Below the pieces are notes generated by a model, which ran no database searches, was not told the origin of the DNA, and was given only the letters and a program-made list of their open reading frames with translations. Made by a program: the position numbers and the translations under genes. A stretch of 32,000 bases of DNA from Horticoccus luteus (GTDB taxonomy: Bacteria; Verrucomicrobiota; Verrucomicrobiia; Opitutales; Opitutaceae). The DNA is taken from positions 420,001 to 452,000 of the forward strand of contig NZ_CP080507.1 in the NCBI RefSeq assembly GCF_019464535.1, written 5' to 3'. Shown piece by piece: positions 24,680-32,000 of the stretch. Every line of letters starts with the position of its first letter. Positions within the stretch are counted from its first letter, which is position 1.

Positions 24680-25696
24680 GTGAAGGCGAAACTCGAAGAG
24701 GCGCGGCGTTTGCTGGGCGCGTTGCAGGATCACATTCGCGACACGTTGATCGCGGCGCGGGAGCGCGAGGCGAGCAAGTTTGCCCGCATCGCGGCCGTGA
24801 CGGCGGCGGACACGATTTACCACGTGGACAAGCTGAGCGAGGACGCGATCTTCGCGTGGTTCGAGGCGCACTGGCCGGCGGCGTGGCCGGTGGAGCTCGT
24901 GATGGAGGGCATCGAAGACGGCGACGAAGTGACGTTCCCGCGCGGCACGCCGGCGGCGAAGACGGTTTTCAAGTGCATCCTCGATCCGATCGATGGCACG
25001 CGAAACCTGATGTATGACAAACGGCCGGCGTGGATTCTCACCGGACTCGCGCCGCAGCGGGGGAAGCGCACGCGGCTCGGCGACATCGTCGTGGCGGTGA
25101 TGACGGAATTGCCGACGAGCAAACAATGGCGCTCGGATCAGGTGAGTGCGATCCGGGGGCGCGGACGCCGCGGACTCAGGGCCGAGGCGGTCGATGTGAG
25201 GGATGCAGCGCGGGCACGGACGCGATGGACGCCGCGGCCTTCGCAAGCGAAGGATTTCCGGCACGGGTTTGCGTCGTTGGCGCGTTTTTTCCCGGAGGGC
25301 AAGGTGTTGACCGCCCAGATCGAGGTGGCGTTGTGGGAGGAACTTTACGGGGTCGGGAGTTCGAGTTCGCCGCTGGTGTTCGACGACCAATACATCACGA
25401 CGGGCGGGCAGATTTACGAGCTGCTCGTGGGGCACGACCGGATGTTGGGCGACTTGCGGCCGCAGGTGTTTGCAAAGCTGGGTTTGTCGTCGTCGCTGGC
25501 ATGTCATCCTTACGACATTTGCACGGCGTTGATCTTGGAGGAGGCGGGCGGGATCATCGAGACACCGGCGGGCCGGCCGTTGTCGGCGCCGCTCGACACG
25601 ACTTCGCCGGTGTCGTGGATCGGGTTCGCGAATCCGGTGTTGGCGCGGACGGTGCGGCCGATTTTGCGGCGGTTGATGCGCGAATATCTGGGGTGA
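24680..25696 (+). CDS. Inositol monophosphatase/FBPase-family sugar-phosphate phosphatase
   Basis: Track ORF 24539..25696 overlaps galK by 116 nt. An in-frame GTG at 24680, 25 nt after the galK stop, gives VKAKLEEARRLLG.... Family motifs are present: ILDPIDGTRN (DPxDGT) and a C-terminal HPYDICTALILEEAGG (the WDxAAG-equivalent). Start uncertain. Confidence 0.7.
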   Translation: MKAKLEEARRLLGALQDHIRDTLIAAREREASKFARIAAVTAADTIYHVDKLSEDAIFAWFEAHWPAAWPVELVMEGIEDGDEVTFPRGTPAAKTVFKCILDPIDGTRNLMYDKRPAWILTGLAPQRGKRTRLGDIVVAVMTELPTSKQWRSDQVSAIRGRGRRGLRAEAVDVRDAARARTRWTPRPSQAKDFRHGFASLARFFPEGKVLTAQIEVALWEELYGVGSSSSPLVFDDQYITTGGQIYELLVGHDRMLGDLRPQVFAKLGLSSSLACHPYDICTALILEEAGGIIETPAGRPLSAPLDTTSPVSWIGFANPVLARTVRPILRRLMREYLG

Positions 25697-25762
25697 ACGT
25701 CGCGCGGCGGCGGTTGAGGGCTTTACGCGGCGAGGTGTTGGCGTAAACGTGGCGGCTCTTCT

Positions 25763-27439
25763 ATGGCCCCGACTTTTACCCTGGGAATCGATTACGGAAC
25801 GAATTCAGTGCGCGCGCTCGTCGTGCGCACAAGTGACGGAGCAGAGTTCGGCTCGGCGGTCGCGAACTACCCGTCGGGCCGGCAAGGGGTGTTGCTCGAT
25901 CCGAAGGATCACAACGTGGCGCGGCAGCATCCGGGCGATTATCTCGTCGGCCTGGAGCAAAGCGTGCGCGGCGCGCTGGCGGCGGCGAAAAAGAAGCGAG
26001 GGTTTGCGGCGACGCAGGTGGTGGGGATCGGCGTGGATTCGACGGGATCGAGCCCGATGCCGGTCGATGCGCAAAACCGGCCGCTCGCGTTGGACAAGAA
26101 GTGGAAGAAAAATCTGCACGCGCAGTGCTGGTTGTGGAAGGATCACACAAGCGTGCGCGAAGCGGCGCGCATCACTACGGCGGCGGCGGAGCACCGGCCG
26201 CACTACATCGCGAAGTGCGGCAACACGTATTCATCGGAATGGTTTTGGGCGAAGATCTGGCATTGTCTGAACGTGGCGCCGGCGGTGTTCGACGCGGCGT
26301 ATTCGTGGGTCGAACTGGCGGATTGGATCCCGTCGGTGCTCGCGGGCGCGGATATGCCGGCGAAGGTGATGCGCGGCGTGTGTTGCGCGGGGCACAAGGC
26401 GCTTTACAGCGACGAATGGGGCGGGTTGCCGGACAAGGATTTTCTCGCGCTGCTCGACCCGAAGCTCGCGGAGCTGCGCGACCGGTTGTATGAGAAAGCG
26501 CACGACGCGACCGTGCCGGCGGGAAAGTTGAGCGCGGCGTGGGCGAAGAAGCTGGGTTTGCCGGCGGGGATTCCCATCGGGATCGGCGAGATGGATGTGC
26601 ACTATGGCGCGATCGGTTGCGGCGTCGCGGAAGGCGTGCTCGTGAAAGTGATCGGCACGTCGACGTGCGACTGCGCCGTGGTCTCGGCGGACAAAACCGT
26701 GCAGGACATCCCGGGGATCTGTGGCATCGTGAAGGGTTCGATTCTGCCGGGTTATTACGGCATCGAAGCGGGCCAGTCGGCGGTCGGAGATATTTTCAAG
26801 TGGTGGGTGGAGGGGGTTTGTGGCGGCGACGGCGCGGCGCATGGGGCGCTCACGAAGGCGGCGGCGAAACAAAAGCCGGGCCAGGCGGGTTTGCTCGCGC
26901 TCGATTGGAACAACGGCAACCGCACGATTCTCGTCGATCAACAGCTCACGGGTTTGCTGCTCGGGCAGACGCTCTACACGACGTCGGCGGAAATCTACCG
27001 CGCGTTGATTGAAGCGACGGCGTTTGGCGCCCGGGCGATTTTGGAACGCATTCAAAATTACGGCGTGCCGGTCAACCGGATCGTGTGTGCGGGCGGCATC
27101 GCGGAGAAAAATCCGATGTTGATGCAGATCTACGCCGACATCACGGGCTGCACGATGCAGGTGTCGGGTTCGTCGCAGGCGTGCGCGCTGGGCTCGGCGG
27201 TCGCGGCGGCGGTGCTCGCGGGGGCGCACAAGAGTTACCCGGCGGCGCAAAAGGCGATGACGTCGGTGAAGGCGAAGGGCTACCGGCCGATCACGGCGAA
27301 CCGGAAGGTTTACGATCAGCTTTACGGTCTTTACCGGCGCGTGCATGACGCGTTCGGCGGATTGAATCAGAACGCTGATCTGTCGCGCGTGATGAAGGAG
27401 CTGCTTGAAGTGAAGCGCCGGGTGGCGAGCATCCAGTAG
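25763..27439 (+). CDS. araB: Ribulokinase (FGGY family)
   Basis: 558 aa: FTLGIDYGTNSVRALVV, GIGVDSTGSSP, SEWFWAKI, GAIGCGV, LDWNNGNRT..D and GGIAEKNP..MQIYADI. Length and motifs match AraB. It is followed by araA and araD. Confidence 0.9.
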   Translation: MAPTFTLGIDYGTNSVRALVVRTSDGAEFGSAVANYPSGRQGVLLDPKDHNVARQHPGDYLVGLEQSVRGALAAAKKKRGFAATQVVGIGVDSTGSSPMPVDAQNRPLALDKKWKKNLHAQCWLWKDHTSVREAARITTAAAEHRPHYIAKCGNTYSSEWFWAKIWHCLNVAPAVFDAAYSWVELADWIPSVLAGADMPAKVMRGVCCAGHKALYSDEWGGLPDKDFLALLDPKLAELRDRLYEKAHDATVPAGKLSAAWAKKLGLPAGIPIGIGEMDVHYGAIGCGVAEGVLVKVIGTSTCDCAVVSADKTVQDIPGICGIVKGSILPGYYGIEAGQSAVGDIFKWWVEGVCGGDGAAHGALTKAAAKQKPGQAGLLALDWNNGNRTILVDQQLTGLLLGQTLYTTSAEIYRALIEATAFGARAILERIQNYGVPVNRIVCAGGIAEKNPMLMQIYADITGCTMQVSGSSQACALGSAVAAAVLAGAHKSYPAAQKAMTSVKAKGYRPITANRKVYDQLYGLYRRVHDAFGGLNQNADLSRVMKELLEVKRRVASIQ

Positions 27440-27544
27440 CGGGTAGCGCGAATCATCCGTGGCGCGTTTTTGCCGCTCGCGGGGTGCTGTTCCTGCTCCC
27501 TGCTCATCACTCCTCTCTGAACTGTTCCCCGTCCCTTTTTCCCC

Positions 27545-29059
27545 ATGAAACTTCTCTCTACTCCTGAAATTTGGCTGCTGTGCGGTTCCCAGCATCTTTA
27601 CGGTCCGGGCCCGTTGAAGCAGGTCGCGGCGAACGCGCAGGAAGTCGCGAACGCCTTGGCGGGTTCGAAAAAGCTGCCGTTGAAAACGGTGTTCAAGGCG
27701 CTGCTCACGACGCCGGACGAAATCACCAACGTGATGTTCGAGGCGAATCGCGACGCGAATTGCGCCGGCGTGATTCTGTGGATGCACACGTTTTCGCCGT
27801 CGAAGATGTGGGTTCGCGGGCTGGGCGTGTTGAGCAAGCCGTTCGTGCATCTGCACACGCAGTTCAACCGCGATCTGCCGTGGAGCACGATCGACATGGA
27901 TTTCATGAATCTCAATCAGGCCGCGCACGGCGACCGCGAGGCGGGGTTCATTCACACGCGGATGCGGCTCGGGCGGAAGGTGGTCGTCGGCCATTGGTCG
28001 GATCCGGAGGTGCAGGAGCGGCTCGGCGCGTGGATGCGCGCGGCGCGGGCGTGGCACGACTGGCAGGGCGCGAAGTTCTGCCGTTTCGGCGACAACATGC
28101 GGTCGGTGGCGGTGACCGAGGGCGACAAAGTGGCGGCGGAGATGCGGTTTGGTTTTTCGACCAACGGCTACGGCGTGGGCGATCTCGTGGCGAAGATGGC
28201 GGAGCACGCGATCGATCCGAAGGAAATCGACGCGTTGTGCGCCGACTACGAAAAGACGTATCGCGTGGCGGCGGCGTTGAAAAAGGGCGGCGCGCGGCAC
28301 GAGGCGTTACGTTATTCGGCGCGCATCGAGATTGGGCTGCGGGCGTTTCTGGCGGAAGGAGGCTTCAAGGGCTTCACAACGACGTTCGAGGATTTGCACG
28401 GGTTGCGGCAATTGCCGGGCGCGGCGCCGCAGCGGTTGATGGCCGACGGCTACGGTTTCGCGGCGGAAGGCGATTGGAAGACGGCGGCGCTGCTGCGCGC
28501 GATGAAAGTGATGGGCGAGGGGTTGAAGGGCGGCACGTCGTTCATGGAGGACTACACGTATCATCTTTCGCCCAAGGGGCATCAGGTGCTCGGCGCGCAC
28601 ATGCTGGAAATTTGTCCGACGATCGCGGCGACGAAGCCGACGATGGAAATTCATCCGCTCGGGATCGGCGGAAAGGAAGATCCGGTGCGATTGGTGTTCG
28701 ATGCGGCGGCGGGGCCGGCGCTCAACGCGTCGCTGGTGGATCTGGGCAATCGTTTCCGGCTGATCGTGAATGAAGTGAAGGCGGTGCCGACCCCGAAGCT
28801 GCCGAAGCTGCCGGTGGCGCGCGCGGTGTGGGAGTGTCAGCCGGATTTCAAGACGGCGTGCGCCGCGTGGATTTACGCGGGCGGCGCGCATCACACGGGT
28901 TACAGTTACGCGGTGACGACGGAGATGCTGGAGGACTTTGCGACGATCGCGGGGATCGAGCTGGTGACGATCAACGCCGACACGAAGCTCGGTGACTTCA
29001 AACAGACGCTGCGGAACAACGAAGTGTATTACCACCTCGCGCAGGGACTGCGGGGGTGA
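27545..29059 (+). CDS. araA: L-arabinose isomerase
   Basis: 504 aa: [61 protein letters not shown] and GAHMLE (the metal ligands are E...E...H...H). Canonical AraA. Confidence 0.93.
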   Translation: MKLLSTPEIWLLCGSQHLYGPGPLKQVAANAQEVANALAGSKKLPLKTVFKALLTTPDEITNVMFEANRDANCAGVILWMHTFSPSKMWVRGLGVLSKPFVHLHTQFNRDLPWSTIDMDFMNLNQAAHGDREAGFIHTRMRLGRKVVVGHWSDPEVQERLGAWMRAARAWHDWQGAKFCRFGDNMRSVAVTEGDKVAAEMRFGFSTNGYGVGDLVAKMAEHAIDPKEIDALCADYEKTYRVAAALKKGGARHEALRYSARIEIGLRAFLAEGGFKGFTTTFEDLHGLRQLPGAAPQRLMADGYGFAAEGDWKTAALLRAMKVMGEGLKGGTSFMEDYTYHLSPKGHQVLGAHMLEICPTIAATKPTMEIHPLGIGGKEDPVRLVFDAAAGPALNASLVDLGNRFRLIVNEVKAVPTPKLPKLPVARAVWECQPDFKTACAAWIYAGGAHHTGYSYAVTTEMLEDFATIAGIELVTINADTKLGDFKQTLRNNEVYYHLAQGLRG

Positions 29060-29231
29060 GGCGAGCAAGGAATTGATGCTGCGAATCGAAAAGGCCGCGG
29101 TTGACGGTTCGCCGCATCGCCTCGGTGCTTTGCCCGCGCCTGCGGGGCGACCGAATGGAGTCGGCGCCAAAATGAGTGCGCAGGTGAAAAGGCGCGTTGT
29201 CTCGCGCGCGTGTTCCGATTGACCTTCACGC

Positions 29232-29936
29232 ATGCTCGAAGAACTGAAACGCGAGGCTTATGAGGCGAATGTGGCGCTGCCGCGGCATGGGTTGATCAAC
29301 CTGACGTTTGGCAACGCGTCGGCGGTCGATCGCGCGAAGGGCATTTTCGCCATCAAGCCGAGCGGAGTCGACTACGCCGCGCTCACCGCCGATGACATGG
29401 TGCTCGTCGATTTCGACGGGAAACGCGTCGAGGGGAAACTCAATCCGTCGTCGGACACGCCGACGCACCGGCGGCTGTTGCTCGCATGGCCGCAGCTTGG
29501 CGGCGTGGTGCACACGCATTCATCGCACGCGACGGCGTTCGCCCAGGCGGGACGCGCGATTCCGATTTTCGGGACGACGCATGCGGACTACTTCGCGGGG
29601 GATATTCCAGTGACGCGCAAGATGACGCTGCAGGAAATCGCGGCCGCTTACGAATGGGAAACAGGCAACGTAATCGTCGAGCGCTTCGCAGCGGGAAAGC
29701 TCGATCCGCTGGATTTCCCCGCGGTGCTCGTGAACCGGCACGCGCCGTTTACGTGGGCGGCGACGGTGGCGAAAGCGGTGGAGGTCGCGGTGGCGGTGGA
29801 GTGCATCGCGCAGATGGCGCTGATGTCGTTGCAACTCGAGCCGACGCTGGCGCCGATCGAGGACGAGTTGCTACAAAAGCATTTTAAGCGGAAGCACGGC
29901 GCGGGAGCGTATTACGGGCAGACGTTGGCGGGATGA
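29232..29936 (+). CDS. araD: L-ribulose-5-phosphate 4-epimerase
   Basis: 234 aa: MLEELKREAYEAN..L..HGL...T.GN.S..DR, IKPSGVDY, PSSDTPTH, VVHTHS..ATA.AQ, GTTHADYF. This is the class II aldolase fold typical of AraD. Confidence 0.92.
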   Translation: MLEELKREAYEANVALPRHGLINLTFGNASAVDRAKGIFAIKPSGVDYAALTADDMVLVDFDGKRVEGKLNPSSDTPTHRRLLLAWPQLGGVVHTHSSHATAFAQAGRAIPIFGTTHADYFAGDIPVTRKMTLQEIAAAYEWETGNVIVERFAAGKLDPLDFPAVLVNRHAPFTWAATVAKAVEVAVAVECIAQMALMSLQLEPTLAPIEDELLQKHFKRKHGAGAYYGQTLAG

Positions 29937-30142
29937 TTTGTTCGGCGCTGACGCGCGTTTGAGCACGGTAGGGTGTCGACCAAGACGTGGGGGCACGGAG
30001 TACACAGAGCTCCGACACCGAGGAAGCTGGAGGCCGCCGAGTATTGGGGGGCGCGGGAGGCGGATTTTCGCCGGGGTTGTCTCCGCGCTTCGTAGTCTGG
30101 ACGGCCCGACGATTTTGTTTGGCCGAGGCTGGAATGTGCGGG

Positions 30143-31054
30143 CTACAGCAGTCCGCGGAGAGGGGCGAAGTAGGCGGCGACCCAGTCGTGGAAAAAGAGA
30201 AAGTGGGCGAGTCCGCCGAGGGCGAGCATGGGCCCGAAAGGAATGTGGACGCCGAGGCCGAGCGCGGCGGGTTCGCCTTCGGGCGTCTCGGCGCGGGGCG
30301 CCACGGTGGCGGCGCGGCCGGTGAGTTTTTGCCAGATGAGGGCGAGCGCGAGCCAGACGGTGCCGATCACGGCGCCGCCGAAAATCGCGAACACCGCGCC
30401 TTGCCAGCCGGTGAAGGCGCCGATCGCGCCGATGAATTTCACGTCACCGAAACCCATCGCTTCTTTTTTCAACGCCGCTTCGGCGAGGAGCGCGATCCAG
30501 AGGACGAGTCCGGAGCCGGCGAGGAGGCCGACGAGGGCGTCGACGCCGGAGCGAAAACTATCGAGGAGAAAAAAGTCGCCGTGATGGCCATGCAGGGCGG
30601 GCACGGCGAAGGAGAGGACAACGCCGATCACGCCGCCGCCGAGGGAAAACACGTCGGGGATTTCGAGGTGATCGAGATCGATAAACGTCGCGGGCAGCAG
30701 CAGGCCGACAAACACCATGCCGCAGAGGGCTTTCGCGGGCGGAAACAAGACCCAGCACGCGAGGAAGAGGGCGGCGGTGAGGAGTTCGACGAACGCATAG
30801 CGAAACGCGTAGGGGCGACCACAGCAGCGCGCGCGGCCGCGGAGTATGAGCCAGCTTAAAATCGGAATGTTGTCATACCACGCGATGGGCGCACCGCAGG
30901 CGCAGTGCGAGCCGGGTGAGACGATCGACTCGTGTTTCGGTAGCCGGTAGATGACGACGTTGAGAAAACTGCCGATGCAGGCGCCGAAGACGAAAACCAC
31001 AGCCGCGAAAAACCACGGAAAGGCGGCGTTGATTTCGGTGAAGGCGTGGGTCAT
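30143..31054 (-). CDS. pilD: Prepilin peptidase / N-methyltransferase (A24 family)
   Basis: 303-aa polytopic protein: GSFLNVVIYRLP, cysteine pairs HCACG...RCCGRP, the first catalytic Asp region FIDLD and the second GFGDVKF. Typical PilD/GspO. Confidence 0.88.
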   Translation of the reverse strand: MTHAFTEINAAFPWFFAAVVFVFGACIGSFLNVVIYRLPKHESIVSPGSHCACGAPIAWYDNIPILSWLILRGRARCCGRPYAFRYAFVELLTAALFLACWVLFPPAKALCGMVFVGLLLPATFIDLDHLEIPDVFSLGGGVIGVVLSFAVPALHGHHGDFFLLDSFRSGVDALVGLLAGSGLVLWIALLAEAALKKEAMGFGDVKFIGAIGAFTGWQGAVFAIFGGAVIGTVWLALALIWQKLTGRAATVAPRAETPEGEPAALGLGVHIPFGPMLALGGLAHFLFFHDWVAAYFAPLRGLL

Positions 31055-31097
31055 GCGGGCGGGAGGCGACGTTCGGCGTCGCGACGGCCCGAAGCAA

Positions 31098-31129
31098 GTC
31101 AGCTCTCATCGGGATCGATGAGAGCTGAC
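31098..31129. other. Perfect 14-bp inverted repeat (hairpin) between the secreted-protein gene and pilD
   Basis: GTCAGCTCTCATCG (31098-31111), loop GGAT, then CGATGAGAGCTGAC (31116-31129). No flanking T/U run on either strand. Confidence 0.5.
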
Positions 31130-31195
31130 GCCTGACTTGACCGACCTTCACCCGTCAGGCCGACGAGGCGAGGTGTCGAGAGTGACCGGACGCGT

Positions 31196-32000
31196 TCAGT
31201 CGAGGAAGTAGGTCTCCAGGAGGACGTCGCCGCTGTCGCTGGCGCTGGAACCGGTGATGACGGCGGTGTAAACGCCGGGATCAACGGTGACGATGACGGC
31301 GGAATCTTTGCTGCCGGCGATCAACGGGAAGGCGCCGCTCTGGATCGCCGCCAATTCAAGATCGGAGGCGGCCGCTGAATCGGACGACCAGTTGTCGTTG
31401 GATTTCACAGCCTGACCGTTTTTGAAGATGGTGAGTTTGGGGTCGTTGAGCGTGTTGGAGACCCCGTAGGTGGCCAGGCCCGGGCCGACCGCACGGATCA
31501 GGACGCGACGGGGAACGTTGCCGCCGACGACCCAGCCGGCGATCGCGCTGCCGCCAGCGGCGAGGGTGCTGCGGTTGGACATGTTGACGAGAGGCGCGGG
31601 CGCGGGCACGCGAGCGATGACGAAGGTGCCTGACTGCGTTTTGCCACTGCCGTAGTCGGCCGCGAACGTGCCAGCCGTGGGGCTGCTGAACGTGAGGTCG
31701 AGCGTGAGATCGCCGCCGCCCGATTGCGGCTCGACGATCTCGGCGGTCGTCGCGCCGGTTTTGGTGTAGGTGTAAGCGACGGGATCGCTGACGGGCGCGT
31801 CGGTCGTGGAGAGCGTATGGTCCATGCCGGCGCCGGTGAAGACAACGCTGAGCGTGCCGTTGCCGTTGATGCCACCGGTGCTGCCGGTGAGTGTGCCGTT
31901 GAAGAGCACGTTGGCAAAGTTGGCGGGCGAGGTGTCCGCGGGGACGGCGTAAGCGGTCAGGCCGGCGGCGGCGAGTCCCGCGCAGGTGGCGAGCAGGCGA
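31196..32000 (-). CDS. Secreted protein of unknown function; partial, start codon beyond the right edge
   Basis: The track ORF 31196..31909 starts at an internal GTG. The frame stays open to the window edge, and my translation reads ...RLLATCAGLAAAGLTAYA/VPADTSPANFANVLFNGTLTG..., which is the end of a Sec signal peptide. The middle is Gly/Thr/Ser-rich beta-type. The C-terminal ~130 aa (VNMSNRSTL...VLIRAVGPGLATYGV...DPKLTIF...NDNW...GAFPL...SKDSAVIVTV.PGVYTAVI.G...GDVLLETY) resembles a module I recall as common in Verrucomicrobia/Planctomycetes exoproteins. I cannot name it. Confidence 0.65.
   Translation of the reverse strand, partial: RLLATCAGLAAAGLTAYAVPADTSPANFANVLFNGTLTGSTGGINGNGTLSVVFTGAGMDHTLSTTDAPVSDPVAYTYTKTGATTAEIVEPQSGGGDLTLDLTFSSPTAGTFAADYGSGKTQSGTFVIARVPAPAPLVNMSNRSTLAAGGSAIAGWVVGGNVPRRVLIRAVGPGLATYGVSNTLNDPKLTIFKNGQAVKSNDNWSSDSAAASDLELAAIQSGAFPLIAGSKDSAVIVTVDPGVYTAVITGSSASDSGDVLLETYFLD

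Noticed and set aside
27440-27480. Weak stem (AGCGCG...CGCGTT) followed by TTT after araB, as an intrinsic terminator
   Set aside because: It has only about 6 bp including a G-U pair, with a 12-nt loop. That is too weak to call, and araB-araA are probably co-transcribed.
26231-28300. 689-aa minus-strand ORF spanning araB and araA
   Set aside because: It is antisense to two unambiguous genes and crosses their intergenic gap. Its Arg/His/Pro-rich composition is not protein-like.
29937-30142. Convergent araD/pilD intergenic region with several imperfect stems (for example GGTGTCG...CGACACC at about 29973-30019 and GCGCGGGAG...CTCCGCGC at 30051-30088), considered as a tRNA, ncRNA or REP element
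   Set aside because: It has no tRNA T-loop or anticodon architecture. The stems are short or bulged with no U-tracts, and I saw no second copy in the window. The evidence is insufficient to call a feature.
31196-32000. The secreted protein as a prepilin or pseudopilin substrate of the adjacent PilD
   Set aside because: The visible N-terminal region is a Sec-type signal peptide ending AYA/VP. It is not the short basic leader followed by G/F-T-L-x-E and a hydrophobic helix that class III signal peptides have.
1-32000. Window-wide search for CRISPR repeats, IS elements/transposases/integrases, phage genes, toxin-antitoxin pairs and defence-system hallmarks (nucleases, helicases, STAND/AAA ATPases, reverse transcriptases, TIR/SIR2 domains)
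   Set aside because: None was found. Every long ORF with protein-like composition is accounted for by metabolic, envelope or housekeeping functions. Apart from the AT-rich stretch in the 299-nt aroG/ygfZ promoter region, there is no compositional island suggesting horizontal acquisition.

Overview
GC-rich bacterial chromosomal window (about two-thirds G+C by eye) that is densely coding. I support 27 protein genes, two of which run off the window edges. I found no rRNA, tRNA, CRISPR array, transposase, integrase or recognisable defence gene. Gene content and the frequent lack of Shine-Dalgarno sequences suggest a Verrucomicrobiota/Opitutales-like organism, but that is only a guess. Left to right: a partial (a/a)6 glycosidase-like gene (minus strand, missed by the ORF track), gpr/yghZ-type aldo-keto reductase, convergent rsmE and rsmD, and a NAPE-PLD-like MBL-fold hydrolase. 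Next comes a tight four-gene operon: a signal-peptide protein made of about 17 aromatic-Pro-aromatic (WPF-type) repeats, then mlaE, mlaF and mlaD. Then follow a VLCAD-type acyl-CoA dehydrogenase, a helical protein translationally coupled to an orphan solute-binding protein, a MutT-like Nudix hydrolase, a small polytopic membrane protein plus an unknown 232-aa protein, a PhyH-family dioxygenase divergent from a GH78-like glycosidase, mdh and a class I DAHP synthase. An AT-rich divergent promoter region with a perfect 13-bp GC hairpin separates the DAHP synthase gene from ygfZ. The rest is HU, a galactokinase-like GHMP kinase, an IMPase-family phosphatase, araB-araA-araD, prepilin peptidase and a partial secreted protein. 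This is mostly core metabolism. The best novelty candidate is the uncharacterised WP-repeat envelope protein whose stop codon lies 1 nt before the mlaE start, in an Mla locus with no mlaA/B/C. Secondary leads are the hairpin-containing aroG leader or sRNA candidate, and the divergent GalK-like kinase next to the arabinose genes. Many long ORFs in the supplied track are antisense shadow ORFs typical of high-GC DNA and were rejected.
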